Shown: positions 37,187-47,206 of the stretch, in pieces
How the letters are laid out: every line of letters begins with the position of its first letter
Numbering within the stretch: the first letter of the stretch is position 1
The notes under the pieces: generated by a model
Database searches by the model: none
Told to the model about the DNA's origin: nothing
What the model saw: only the letters and a program-made list of their open reading frames with translations
Position numbers and translations under genes: made by a program
From: Alkalispirochaeta sp.
GTDB taxonomy: Bacteria > Spirochaetota > Spirochaetia > DSM-27196 > Alkalispirochaetaceae
Reading direction: 5' to 3'
DNA length: 64,000 bases
Assembly: GCA_965601925.1 (NCBI GenBank)
Contig: OZ271854.1
Location: 4,736,001 to 4,800,000 of the forward strand

Positions 37187-38771
37187 CGCTCAGGCGGCCG
37201 TCGGGACGGGGCGATCCGCCGCCTCTTCGGGGCCGACGCACGAGCGAGAAACCGATACCGCGATCCTCATCTATCCACACCAACTGTTTCACGACCATCC
37301 GGCGTTGGCTCGCGATCGCGCGGCGCCGGTCTATCTGGTGGAGGACCCCCTTTTCTTCTCGCAATACCGCTTTCATCCGCTGAAAATACGCTACCACCGT
37401 CTGTCTATGGCCGCCTATCGGAGACAACTGGAATCCGAGGGTCGTACGGTGCGCCTCGTTCGCTCGCGAGAGCTCCCGTCCTCCGGTGACATCGTATCGC
37501 TTCTGAGCAATCGAACCGGAAGGGTCCTCGTCGTCGACCTCGCGGACGATTGGCTCTCGAGAGGACTCCACCGCGCCGCCCGGGAGCGCGACATCACGGT
37601 CGAGACGTTGGACTCACCCGGATTTCTCCTCCGCGGCGATGAGATCACTGAGGCGGCGGGAGACGGCGACACCCTCCGTTTGGCGCCGTTTTATCGGCAT
37701 ATGCGCCGTCGTAACGCGATACTGGTCGATTCCAACGGAGCGCCCGTCGGTGGTCGTTGGAGCTTTGACGCCGAAAACCGGAGAAAGATCCCGTCCGACC
37801 ACCAACCTCCCCCGGCATCGACCGATACTCACGGCGGTGAAGCGCGTTCAATCGCTCTGGAGCTCGCTCGCGAGGTCCCGTTTACCGGTGAAGGAGGACC
37901 GTTCGGCGGCGCGCACCGTTGGGAGGAGCTTCCGCCCTACCCCTTTACGCGCGGCGATGCGCTCCGCTGGCTGGAAGAGTTTCTCTCACGGAGGCTTGCA
38001 CGTTTCGGTACCTACGAGGACGCGATCGACCGGCGCGACGATCGATGGTACCACTCGGTTCTCACACCGATGTTGAACGCAGGACTACTCACCCCAGAGG
38101 AGACGTTGCGCCGTACCATGGAGACGGCCGAACGCGCTCGGAGAGACGGACGCCCCATTCCACTCAACTCCCTGGAAGGTTTCGTCCGTCAGATCGTGGG
38201 GTGGCGCGAGTTTATGCGCGTAGCCTACCATCTACGGGGACGGCAGATGCGAAGCTGCAATATATGGGGCCACCACCGGGCGATGCCGGCGTCCTTCTAC
38301 GATGGGACGACCGGTATCGTCCCCTTCGATCGTGTCGTGAAGAAAACCGTACGTCTCTCGTGGGCCCATCACATCGAGCGTCTTATGGTGGCGGGAAATC
38401 TGATGCTCCTCTGCGAGATCGATCCTCACGCCGTCTATCGGTGGTTTATGGAGATGTACGTCGACGCGTACGACTGGGTCATGGTGCCCAACGTCTACGC
38501 GATGAGCCAATATGCCGACGGGGGCACGATAACCACGAAGCCGTACATCAGCGGAAGCAACTACATTCGCAAAATGTCGGACGAGGAGGCGGGACCGTGG
38601 CAGGAGGTGTGGGACGGCCTCTACTGGCGCTTCCTCGCCCGACATCGCGACCTGTTCGCGGCCAACCGACGCTCGGCGATGATGGTGCGCGCCCTCGATC
38701 GACTGGATCGGACACGAAAGGAGCGCATCATCGCTCGGGCCGACGAATTTCTTGCGGCGCTCGGCGAATAG
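37179..38771 (+). CDS. Cryptochrome/photolyase, PhrB-like (COG3046) lacking Fe-S cysteines
   Basis: PHQLF, P.GG.WSFD.ENR, FG.YEDA, EGF.RQI.GWREF, HHIERLMV.GN, DAYDWVM.PNV, KPY.SGSNYI.KMS. Confidence 0.93.
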   Translation: MGSAQAAVGTGRSAASSGPTHERETDTAILIYPHQLFHDHPALARDRAAPVYLVEDPLFFSQYRFHPLKIRYHRLSMAAYRRQLESEGRTVRLVRSRELPSSGDIVSLLSNRTGRVLVVDLADDWLSRGLHRAARERDITVETLDSPGFLLRGDEITEAAGDGDTLRLAPFYRHMRRRNAILVDSNGAPVGGRWSFDAENRRKIPSDHQPPPASTDTHGGEARSIALELAREVPFTGEGGPFGGAHRWEELPPYPFTRGDALRWLEEFLSRRLARFGTYEDAIDRRDDRWYHSVLTPMLNAGLLTPEETLRRTMETAERARRDGRPIPLNSLEGFVRQIVGWREFMRVAYHLRGRQMRSCNIWGHHRAMPASFYDGTTGIVPFDRVVKKTVRLSWAHHIERLMVAGNLMLLCEIDPHAVYRWFMEMYVDAYDWVMVPNVYAMSQYADGGTITTKPYISGSNYIRKMSDEEAGPWQEVWDGLYWRFLARHRDLFAANRRSAMMVRALDRLDRTRKERIIARADEFLAALGE

Positions 38772-38841
38772 GCCGCCCGGGTCGATATCACCGATCCGGA
38801 TAGTAACCCGGCAACGCGAGGCGTAGAGATCGAGCGTTGCA

Positions 38842-39453
38842 TCAAAATCTAAATCCGAAATGAAGACCGGGTTCAAAAAGATAGTAGTTGGGGGCGTCGT
38901 CTTCCACTGCCGAGAAACTTTCAGGAAAATTGGTATTTATGGGCCAATAGTTAAAGGCCACGGAGGGTTCGATGAACCAGCGTTCACGAAAGAGCTGGAA
39001 ACGATATCCCAGGCGAAGCTGGAGAAACAACTGAAAACCGCCTTGGATTCTTTCATCCTCCTCGTTATAAAACTGCTGAAAGAAGGGAGTCGCTTGGATC
39101 GTAGAGTACAGCCCCTTCCAGAAGAAACGTTGGTATCCGATACCGACACCGGCGGCTCTGATTTTGCCGGGATACTCCTCTTCCGAGGAGCCGTATGTTC
39201 CGAGGGGTTCGTAATAGGTCCACGTTATCGCCTCCAGTACAAGGACATCGCGCGGGGAAACGTGGTAGCCGAAGTTTATCTGGAGAAAATAGGGTGGATC
39301 TCCCGGAGCGACGTTGCCCAGGAGGAAGAGCGTGCTTCCCAGAAAGCACGGCCGGTGCGTATTCTGCTCCGTATCTGTCGTTTCCCGACCAAACAACGCC
39401 GAAACAGACAGACTAAACATCAAAACCGTCGCCAAAGCTCTTCCGTATCTCAT
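38842..39453 (-). CDS. Secreted hypothetical protein, probable small outer-membrane beta-barrel
   Basis: Signal peptide; aromatic/Gly-rich alternating strands (GIGYQRF, LRLGYRF); C-terminal LHFGFRF. Confidence 0.65.
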   Translation of the reverse strand: MRYGRALATVLMFSLSVSALFGRETTDTEQNTHRPCFLGSTLFLLGNVAPGDPPYFLQINFGYHVSPRDVLVLEAITWTYYEPLGTYGSSEEEYPGKIRAAGVGIGYQRFFWKGLYSTIQATPFFQQFYNEEDERIQGGFQLFLQLRLGYRFQLFRERWFIEPSVAFNYWPINTNFPESFSAVEDDAPNYYLFEPGLHFGFRF

Positions 39454-39561
39454 AGAGAACTCCCGTATTACGTAAAGGCTCCCGGCAGATCTTGCCGAGT
39501 CGCTCCACCGCAGGCGTTATTCCTATGAGGAACAGCGTAGACCGATACATGGTGAGCCAAC

Positions 39562-39579
39562 ATCACCAGATGTGGTGAT
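39562..39579. promoter_or_regulatory. Palindromic candidate operator ATCACCA-N4-TGGTGAT
   Basis: Perfect 7-bp inverted repeat between the MalT-like gene stop and the next gene; a third half-site (TGGTGAG) at 39550-39556. Confidence 0.6.
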
Positions 39580-39581
39580 TT

Positions 39582-42323
39582 CTAAAGTAAATCCAGCTTC
39601 TTTGCGACGCACACGGCCGCCATGCGGTTGTTCACCTCGAGCTTACGGTAGACGTTCTTGGTATGGGTGCGCACGGTGTTCAGCGAAATAAAAAGCTTTC
39701 CGGCAATCTCCGGACCGTTTAACTCCGTTCCGAGAAGTCTCAACACCTCCAACTCCCGCGCGCTCAGGGGCTCACGTAGGAGCCGGGAGGCGGGCCTTCC
39801 GTTTTCTTCCCCATAGGTGGTGCGCAAAAGGCGGACATAATCGGGGACGGCAGTCCGTTTCATGACATCCCGGAGGAGGTTTTTCATGGCGTCTCCCTCA
39901 TCCACAAAGATACGGATGTAACCCTCCGGCTCAGCCGACACGAGAGCCCGTTCCAGTGAGTCGAGGGCCCTCTGAGAATCGCCCCGGGTCTGATGCGAAA
40001 TAGCCAGCGCGATACCGATCTCGATAACGCTTCCCGTTCTGTTACTCGTTTCACCGGCCGCGAGAAGACGTTCAAGAAGGGACAGCGCCTCCGTGATATC
40101 CCGTTCATCTCCGTTTTCCCGATACCGGGCGGTCAAGAATCTGGCACGGGTAATGAGTTCGAACTCGTGTAGATAACTCATTTCGTCCGGAGGATAGAGC
40201 TCGTTTCTCTTCACCCATTCGTCGACCCTGTTTAGCCTGCCCTGCTTGAGGTGTACCTTCGCTCTTCGGGCGTCAACGGGTCGTGTATCCGGTATGGGAT
40301 TTCGTATATAAAGAGCCTCCGCTTCCTCCAGCAACTCAAGCGCCGTTTCATAGTCCCCGGCGGATTCCGCCAGCTGGGCCTGGGCGACAAACCACCGGTA
40401 GGACCAGTCGATGAGCGTGTTTTGCGCCCAGAACTCTTTTGCCCTCTCCAGATGAGCGTCGCGAGCCCTCTGTATGCCGGTTTCATGGTACAGCATCGCC
40501 AATCCCAGATGGAGATGGGAGATAAAGAACCGCATGTGTTCCCCTGGCCCTTCCGCAAGCTCCAGAGCGTTCCGGTACGTACGGCGCGCCTCCCGCAGGC
40601 GACCCTGCGCTACCAAGATATCCCCCAGTGCATAGGCGCTGGCAACGGCGAAAAAGATATTCCCGGCCCGTTTCATACTTTCGATCCAATCGCGTACGGT
40701 CTTACGAGCTTCGGACAAATCGCCGTTTCGCCAATGGATAAATCCGACGGTGACGGCGGCCTGAGCTCGGCTCAGATGATCTTCTTCCGGTAGGATGTCA
40801 AGCGCCGTCCGGGCATATCTCATCGCGCCGGGTATATCACCGTTCACTTGGGCGTTGCCGGCTCGGACGATCGCTATCTTACCCGCCATAGAGCGAAACT
40901 GTTCCTGATCTATGACGACCATACCGTCCGCCGATGAACTCACTGCGTTGGGCGGTCCATCTAAGTCGGAACCGAGCCACGCTTCGGCTTCCTGAAGCCG
41001 GGACTCACTGGCCCCCAGCTCCCCCACATCGGACAGGGTCTCAGCGTATTGAACGCTCAGCACAGGTCGATTGCGGATAAGCTCATCCGGCAGCACTTTT
41101 AGCCAACCGAGCCAGTCGGCGAGCTGGAAACTGCCGTCCATCGACCGCCACAGCGTTTCCGCGAGATCGGCTACCCGTTCGAGATCACCGGCGGCTATGG
41201 CGTGGCGAACCGCATCGGCCGGGAACCCATTGTGTTCAAACCAACGGCTCGCCAGTCTATGCAGAGAAACAACCTCTCCGGAATACTCCTCCATTAAGTG
41301 CGTCTTCAGAACGTCGGAGAAGAGGTGGTGATATCTATACCACCGACGGGCCCCGTCGAGCGGAACGACAAATAGATTGCCCCGTTCCAGCTCTTGAAGC
41401 ACTTTTTCGCCGTTCTTCCGGTCGGTGACGGCATTACAAAGGGGGCCGCTGAGCCTGTCGAGCAGTGAGGTCTTCAAAAGAAACTCTCGAACATCCGAGG
41501 GCCGGCGTGTCAACACCTCTTCGACAAGATAGTCCAGGATGTACCGGTGGCCGCCGGTGAAGTCTCCGATAAGACGCGCGCTATTCTCCCGTCCCTCTAC
41601 GGAGAGTGCGGCCATTTGAAGACCGGCAACCCAGCCTTCGGTACGAGCCGCGAGGGTGGCGACCTCTTGGGATGAGAGGTCAAGATTCATCACCCGACCG
41701 AGAAAGTCGGCCGCCTCCTGGTTGGTAAAACGTAAATCGCCGTTGCGCAATTCGGTGAGTTGCCCCCTGGAGCGGAGATGAGCCAGCGGAAGATTCGGGT
41801 CTTCACGAGTCGCAACGACCAGAACCATGTTGGGTGGTATGTGTCGTATGAAAAAAAGAAATGCATTATTCACATCTTTTGACGTGATACGCTGGTAATC
41901 ATCCAGGACAAGGATGCAATCATCCGGAGACGCTGCAATATCATTGATGAGCACTGAAAGAACCGCCTGGGTCGGCGGCACACGGGATGAGCGAAGTATG
42001 GTCATGGCCCTTTCGCCGATATGCGGGGAGATCATCTGCAATGCAGAGGTAAAGTAGAGCAGAAACCGGGCAGGCTCGTTTTCTCCTTCGTCGAGTGAAA
42101 TCCATGCGGCGGTCTGCCCACGCTCTTTACGGGCCGACAGCCATTGGGTGACTATGGTGGTTTTCCCAAAACCCGGTGATGCCGACAACAGAACCAAGGC
42201 CCCCTGAATGCGGCGATCCGGATCTAAGCGTTCATCCAGCCGTTGGATGAGACGCGGCCGGTGGACAGTCTTTGTTCGAGGGAGCGGAACAAATAGTTTT
42301 GTAGACAGAACGGGAGCGGCCAT
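39582..42323 (-). CDS. MalT-like (STAND ATPase-TPR-LuxR HTH) transcriptional regulator
   Basis: LSTKL..P, RPRL, SASPGFGKTT, W.SLDE, LVLDDY, TEGW.AGL, WYRYHHLF; C-term LS.RELEVLRLL...IA.KLFISLNTVRTH.KN.Y.KL. Confidence 0.95.
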   Translation of the reverse strand: MAAPVLSTKLFVPLPRTKTVHRPRLIQRLDERLDPDRRIQGALVLLSASPGFGKTTIVTQWLSARKERGQTAAWISLDEGENEPARFLLYFTSALQMISPHIGERAMTILRSSRVPPTQAVLSVLINDIAASPDDCILVLDDYQRITSKDVNNAFLFFIRHIPPNMVLVVATREDPNLPLAHLRSRGQLTELRNGDLRFTNQEAADFLGRVMNLDLSSQEVATLAARTEGWVAGLQMAALSVEGRENSARLIGDFTGGHRYILDYLVEEVLTRRPSDVREFLLKTSLLDRLSGPLCNAVTDRKNGEKVLQELERGNLFVVPLDGARRWYRYHHLFSDVLKTHLMEEYSGEVVSLHRLASRWFEHNGFPADAVRHAIAAGDLERVADLAETLWRSMDGSFQLADWLGWLKVLPDELIRNRPVLSVQYAETLSDVGELGASESRLQEAEAWLGSDLDGPPNAVSSSADGMVVIDQEQFRSMAGKIAIVRAGNAQVNGDIPGAMRYARTALDILPEEDHLSRAQAAVTVGFIHWRNGDLSEARKTVRDWIESMKRAGNIFFAVASAYALGDILVAQGRLREARRTYRNALELAEGPGEHMRFFISHLHLGLAMLYHETGIQRARDAHLERAKEFWAQNTLIDWSYRWFVAQAQLAESAGDYETALELLEEAEALYIRNPIPDTRPVDARRAKVHLKQGRLNRVDEWVKRNELYPPDEMSYLHEFELITRARFLTARYRENGDERDITEALSLLERLLAAGETSNRTGSVIEIGIALAISHQTRGDSQRALDSLERALVSAEPEGYIRIFVDEGDAMKNLLRDVMKRTAVPDYVRLLRTTYGEENGRPASRLLREPLSARELEVLRLLGTELNGPEIAGKLFISLNTVRTHTKNVYRKLEVNNRMAAVCVAKKLDLL

Positions 42324-42555
42324 ACAACCATTACATGGACTATGTCTCCGGGAGGTCAAGGCGGTGTACTCACACGGAGAGCTGCGAGCCTGCTATCCTC
42401 ACCGTTCCGGACCGAGAGTTACGTGAATGGACTCGAACTCTCCACCCACGCTACCGAAAATCCTGCGCATCGGTGTTGCCGCAGCCCCAAGGTCGGCCCG
42501 AGGTGCGGCGACAATCGAGCTACGCCGGCACGTGACGGCGTCTGCACGGTAACGG

Positions 42556-44040
42556 TTAGACGCCGACAAACAGCGCCAGAAGATCGTCGCCCAGTACGGC
42601 GCGGATCTCCACCGCGTTGAGAAAGAGCTCCACCTCGGCCCGCCACAACTCGTTCCTCCGGGACAGTAAGTCGAGCTCCACCTCCTCTACGCGCAGTTGC
42701 GTCGTTGCGCCGACTCCCAAAAGCGTCTGCTCGTCCTGTACGCGCTGTTGCTCGAACTCGACATCGACGGCCAAGAGCTCGATTCGTTGCGCAAGAAACC
42801 GCCGATTGATCAGGAGTGTCCGCAACCTATTGGCAACCGTCAGCTCCGTGTCGGTGAGGTCCGTTTGGACGCGTAACTGAGCCAGCTCGTCGATACGCTC
42901 GCGGTGGGATCGCTCCCGCGAGGTGATGAGCGGTACGGTAAGCGACAGCGCGACGGTCGTCTCGAGATCGGCTCCGTCTTCAAAATAGTCGCTCCACGAT
43001 GAGGCGAAATCGTCGGGATCGGCTCGACTCTCCGGGTATAGCGGCCGCACCCGTACACTCACATCGAGCTGAGGACGGTCGGTTAACTCGTTCAAGAGCG
43101 ACTGCTCGCGGCTTTGTTCGGCCGCCAAGCGCCTGAGATCGACCTCGGGGCTGGCCGACACCGCGTCCCGCACCTCTCCGATCTCGGCGATATCGACGCT
43201 CGTAAATCGATCGTCCAGCGCGAGACCGGCGAGATCGTCGATGCCCAAGAGCCGGGCGAGACTCTGTTCCGCCTCGACGAGCGCCAACTGGGTGTCGAAG
43301 AGCGCCTCGCGGCGACCGTTGAGCGTTACCTGGAGGGCGAGCAACGTGTTGTCCGAGGCGAGTCCCTGTTCGCGATCGATCTCGGCGACCGCGATCTGTC
43401 GTCGAAGCACATCGACGGTCTCCTCCAACACGATAGTGTCGCGACGCAGCGCGTTAACGCGCACGTAGAGCGCCAACGCGGTCCGGATGTTGGCGTTTCG
43501 AGTGAGGCGATCGGTAACGAGCGAACGTTCGTATCCGATTCGCGCGTTGCGTAGCCCCGCTCGGTACACATCGGTACCGATCACATCGCCTGCGACGAAC
43601 AGGGGCTGCGATACGCCGAGCGTCGCCTCCGGGAGCTGCCGGACCTCGTCGGTGCTTCCGGAGACGAAGTCCAGCGTACTCGACACTCCCGCGGTTACGA
43701 TTCCGCTCGTAGGAAGGGCCTGACCGACGGCGAGGCCGACTCCGACGCTCTGCGTGCGGGTAATCACCTCGTCGGAGCCTTCGGGTATGCGCCTCTGATC
43801 CCGCGAGTACGGCGTAATCACCACGTCGAGATCGGGTAGCGTCGCGGCGCGGGTGAGCTCATAGCTCCGTAACGCCTCCTCGACGAGGCGACCGGAGTTA
43901 ATGATCTGCGGATCCGACTCGACGACACGCGCGACGAGCTCCTCAACGGTGAGGAGACCCTCGGTTCCAAAGGCCTCGGCCGGTGCGACGAGTGACACGA
44001 CCGCGAGGCCGACGATGAATAACACTATGCGGTATCTCAC
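42556..44040 (-). CDS. TolC family outer-membrane efflux protein
   Basis: Signal peptide, LP.L.V, duplicated helical/beta halves; downstream of the RND pump. Confidence 0.85.
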   Translation of the reverse strand: MRYRIVLFIVGLAVVSLVAPAEAFGTEGLLTVEELVARVVESDPQIINSGRLVEEALRSYELTRAATLPDLDVVITPYSRDQRRIPEGSDEVITRTQSVGVGLAVGQALPTSGIVTAGVSSTLDFVSGSTDEVRQLPEATLGVSQPLFVAGDVIGTDVYRAGLRNARIGYERSLVTDRLTRNANIRTALALYVRVNALRRDTIVLEETVDVLRRQIAVAEIDREQGLASDNTLLALQVTLNGRREALFDTQLALVEAEQSLARLLGIDDLAGLALDDRFTSVDIAEIGEVRDAVSASPEVDLRRLAAEQSREQSLLNELTDRPQLDVSVRVRPLYPESRADPDDFASSWSDYFEDGADLETTVALSLTVPLITSRERSHRERIDELAQLRVQTDLTDTELTVANRLRTLLINRRFLAQRIELLAVDVEFEQQRVQDEQTLLGVGATTQLRVEEVELDLLSRRNELWRAEVELFLNAVEIRAVLGDDLLALFVGV

Positions 44041-44068
44041 ACTATAACTCCCTTATGACGTTAGAAGC

Positions 44069-47000
44069 CTACGCGCCGAGCTCTTCGTTCGGACGCACTT
44101 CGTCTGCGGGTCCATCTCCCGCCTTGGCTTTGCGCCGCGCCTTGCGCCGACTCCGGTCGTATAACAACCCGTAGAAACTCGGCACGATAATCAGCGTGGT
44201 TAGCGTCGAGAAGACGAGTCCGAAGATGATGGTACTCGCCATCGGCCCCCATACGACCGACGAGCCGCCGAGCCCGAGAGCCGTCGGCACGAGGCCGGCG
44301 ATCGTCGTAAGCGACGTCAACAGAATGGGACGCAGCCGCGTAACCGACGCTTCGGTAACCGCCTTGGCGATACTCCACCCCTCGTCTCGCCGCGACTCAT
44401 TGGCAAAACTGATGAGGACGATCGTATCGTTCACCGCGATGCCCGCCAGGGCGACGCTCGCGTAAATCACCGTCGTGGACAACGGTGTGCCGGAAACGAT
44501 AAGAAAGAGAATCACCCCCACAAAGGCGAAGGGAACGGTCAGAAGAATGAGAAGCGGCTGTGTATACGAGTTAAACTGTGTGGCCAAAATGAGATAGATC
44601 AAAAAGATTCCGATGACGAACACCCGCAGTATCTCCCGCAGAGTATCGGCAAACTCGGCGAACTCGCCGCCGACGTTCAGTACGACGCCGGGAAACGTCG
44701 GCTGCAGTTGCGACGTAAAGAGGTTCTGTATATCGGCGTTGATCGCCGGGACTCCGGCCTCATTAAAGGCTTCTGCGCTCACGGTAACCTCGCGCCGCCG
44801 GTCGGTCCGCCGGATCGAGGAGATCGCCGAGCCCTCCTCCAAGCGCGCAACGCTGGAAAAGGGAATCTGACGTCCGTCAACCGACGGTATCCTGAGTTGC
44901 AGCACGCTGTCGATGGGCACCGCATTGCGTCCGGCGTAGCGCACGACGACGTCGATCTCTTCGTTGTCGGAGAAGACCGTACCGGCGTCGATCCCGTCGA
45001 AGATACCGCGTATGAACTGCCCGACCGACCGCGAACTGAGCCCGTACTCGGCCGCACGGTCCTCATCCACGACGACGCGAAGCTCCGGTGTCCCGGCGTC
45101 CAAGTTGTCGTCGATATTCAACAACTCCGGATACTCGGCCAGACGCTCGCGAAACGCGCCGGACACGGCCGCTAAATCGTCGTAGCTGTCGCCGAAGAGG
45201 CGAAATGCCACGGGCGGATCGGTCGGAGGACCGCCCTGCTGCCGCCTGAACAGCACCGTCTCGGCGCCGGCGATGTCGCGCGTCATCAGCCGCGCGTCGT
45301 TCATAACCTCGGTAATGGAACGCGTACGTCCCTCGTCTTCCTCAGTCAAGTCGACCACGAGTTGGGCGACGTTGGCTTGCCGCACGTTCTCAGTATCGCT
45401 CCCGGCGAATCCGACGAAGGCGTTTATCGCCACGACCTCGCCGTCGCCGACCAGGGGAAGCAGGCGCTCCTCATAATCTCGGACGAACGCATCGGTCCTA
45501 CCGATCGGCGTTCCCGGGGGCATTTCGATGTCGACGAAGAAGACCGTGGCGTCCTCGGAACTGAACAAGTCTTGCTGAATCCCGCCGATTCGCGAGAAGA
45601 CCAACACCATAATTGCAAACGAGGCAACCGCAACCAGGCCGCGACGGCGGTACAATCCGGCAAGCACCGATCGAAATCGGTCCTGAATCTTCGCAATCCG
45701 CCGTCCCCCGCCCCCGGCGCGAGTGCCACCGGGCCAGTCGGCGTAATGGGACGGGAGGAAGACCGCCGCCTCGAAGGTTGAGGCGACAAGGGCGATACTC
45801 ACGGTAAGGGGCACGACCCGGAGGAACCTCCCGATGATACCGGGAAGGAAGGTCAGGGGTAAAAAGGCGGCGATGGTCGTGAGGGTGGCGGCGATGACGG
45901 GGACGACGACCTGATTCACCCCGTGAATAGCCGCGTCGTGGCGGCTCATTCCCTTCTGCTGTTGGAGTCGAAAGCTATTCTCGACGATCACGATCGCGTG
46001 GTCGACGATCAGTCCGAGCACCAGAACCAGGCCGAAGAGCGTATTTCCGTTCAGCGTCTCGCCGGCCGCATCGAGGACGACGAACGTCAACGCAAACGTT
46101 AGGGGAATGCCGAGCGCGGTCATCAAGGCGTTTCGCACGCCGATGAAGATCAAAAGAATGATCACAAGGAGTCCGAGGCCGATCAAGGCGTTGGAGACCA
46201 ACACGTCGAGACTATCGCGGATCTCGATGGTGGAGTCGTTGAAATAGTCCACCGAGATTCCCGCCGGAAGCGCGCCGAGAAACCGCTCGACGCGTGAACG
46301 CGCCTCATCGGTAATCCCGACCGAGCTCCCACCGGGGACTTTGGTGATCTGGAGGCTGATCGCCTGAACGCCGTTAAAGCGCGCCGAGGTTCCGTCGCTG
46401 TCGTACTCCTCGCGGATCGTGGCGAGGTCCCCCAACGTTACGATGCTACCGTCGCTCGAACCGCCGCGACGCACGACGATAGACCGAAACTGGGCGGCAG
46501 TTTCACGCTGTCCGACGGTGCGCACCAAAAACTCCCGCGAGCCGGTCTCCAACGTCCCGCCCGGCGTGGTCACGTTCTGGGCGCGCACGGCGTTGACGAC
46601 CTCATCCAACGAGATACCGAGAGACTCCAGCCGTTCGCGATTGAGCTCTACCGAGATCTGTCTGTCCCGAGCGCCGATCAAGTTAATGCCGGAAACGTCG
46701 GGTATCGTTCGCAACTGATCTTCGAGGTTCTGCGCCGCCCGACTGAGGTCGGCGTACGGAACATCGCCGCTCACTACGACCTCGATTACCGGGAGAAAGT
46801 CGTTCGACGAGAAGTCGTCGATCGTCTCCTGGAGCGTTCCGTCGGGAAGGTCGATGTTCGTAAAACGATTCTGCACTTCCTGGTACAATCGCTCGAACTC
46901 ATCTTGACTGATGCCCTGATCGAACTGGATCGTGACGCGACTCAACCCCTCGGTTGTAACCGATTGGATCTCATCGAGACTCTCGATCCCGCTCATTTCA

Positions 47001-47206
47001 TTTTCGATCGGTACGGTGACGCTCTGCTCGATATCCTCCGCCGAGACGCCCGGATAGGGAACGATAATGTTGACGAAAAAGAACGGCACCTCCGCGAACT
47101 GCTCCTGGGGCAGGCGGTTGAGGCTGAAGAATCCCGCTACCAGGGCGAGAATCATGAGAATGTTTATGAGAACCGAGTTCTTGACTGAGAAGGTGCCGAT
47201 CGTCAT
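44069..47206 (-). CDS. RND efflux permease (AcrB-like)
   Basis: YPG.SAED.E..VT.PIE, GLIVD.AIV.VEN, GIAVND.IVL, RLRPILLT.LTT. Confidence 0.96.
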   Translation of the reverse strand: MTIGTFSVKNSVLINILMILALVAGFFSLNRLPQEQFAEVPFFFVNIIVPYPGVSAEDIEQSVTVPIENEMSGIESLDEIQSVTTEGLSRVTIQFDQGISQDEFERLYQEVQNRFTNIDLPDGTLQETIDDFSSNDFLPVIEVVVSGDVPYADLSRAAQNLEDQLRTIPDVSGINLIGARDRQISVELNRERLESLGISLDEVVNAVRAQNVTTPGGTLETGSREFLVRTVGQRETAAQFRSIVVRRGGSSDGSIVTLGDLATIREEYDSDGTSARFNGVQAISLQITKVPGGSSVGITDEARSRVERFLGALPAGISVDYFNDSTIEIRDSLDVLVSNALIGLGLLVIILLIFIGVRNALMTALGIPLTFALTFVVLDAAGETLNGNTLFGLVLVLGLIVDHAIVIVENSFRLQQQKGMSRHDAAIHGVNQVVVPVIAATLTTIAAFLPLTFLPGIIGRFLRVVPLTVSIALVASTFEAAVFLPSHYADWPGGTRAGGGGRRIAKIQDRFRSVLAGLYRRRGLVAVASFAIMVLVFSRIGGIQQDLFSSEDATVFFVDIEMPPGTPIGRTDAFVRDYEERLLPLVGDGEVVAINAFVGFAGSDTENVRQANVAQLVVDLTEEDEGRTRSITEVMNDARLMTRDIAGAETVLFRRQQGGPPTDPPVAFRLFGDSYDDLAAVSGAFRERLAEYPELLNIDDNLDAGTPELRVVVDEDRAAEYGLSSRSVGQFIRGIFDGIDAGTVFSDNEEIDVVVRYAGRNAVPIDSVLQLRIPSVDGRQIPFSSVARLEEGSAISSIRRTDRRREVTVSAEAFNEAGVPAINADIQNLFTSQLQPTFPGVVLNVGGEFAEFADTLREILRVFVIGIFLIYLILATQFNSYTQPLLILLTVPFAFVGVILFLIVSGTPLSTTVIYASVALAGIAVNDTIVLISFANESRRDEGWSIAKAVTEASVTRLRPILLTSLTTIAGLVPTALGLGGSSVVWGPMASTIIFGLVFSTLTTLIIVPSFYGLLYDRSRRKARRKAKAGDGPADEVRPNEELGA

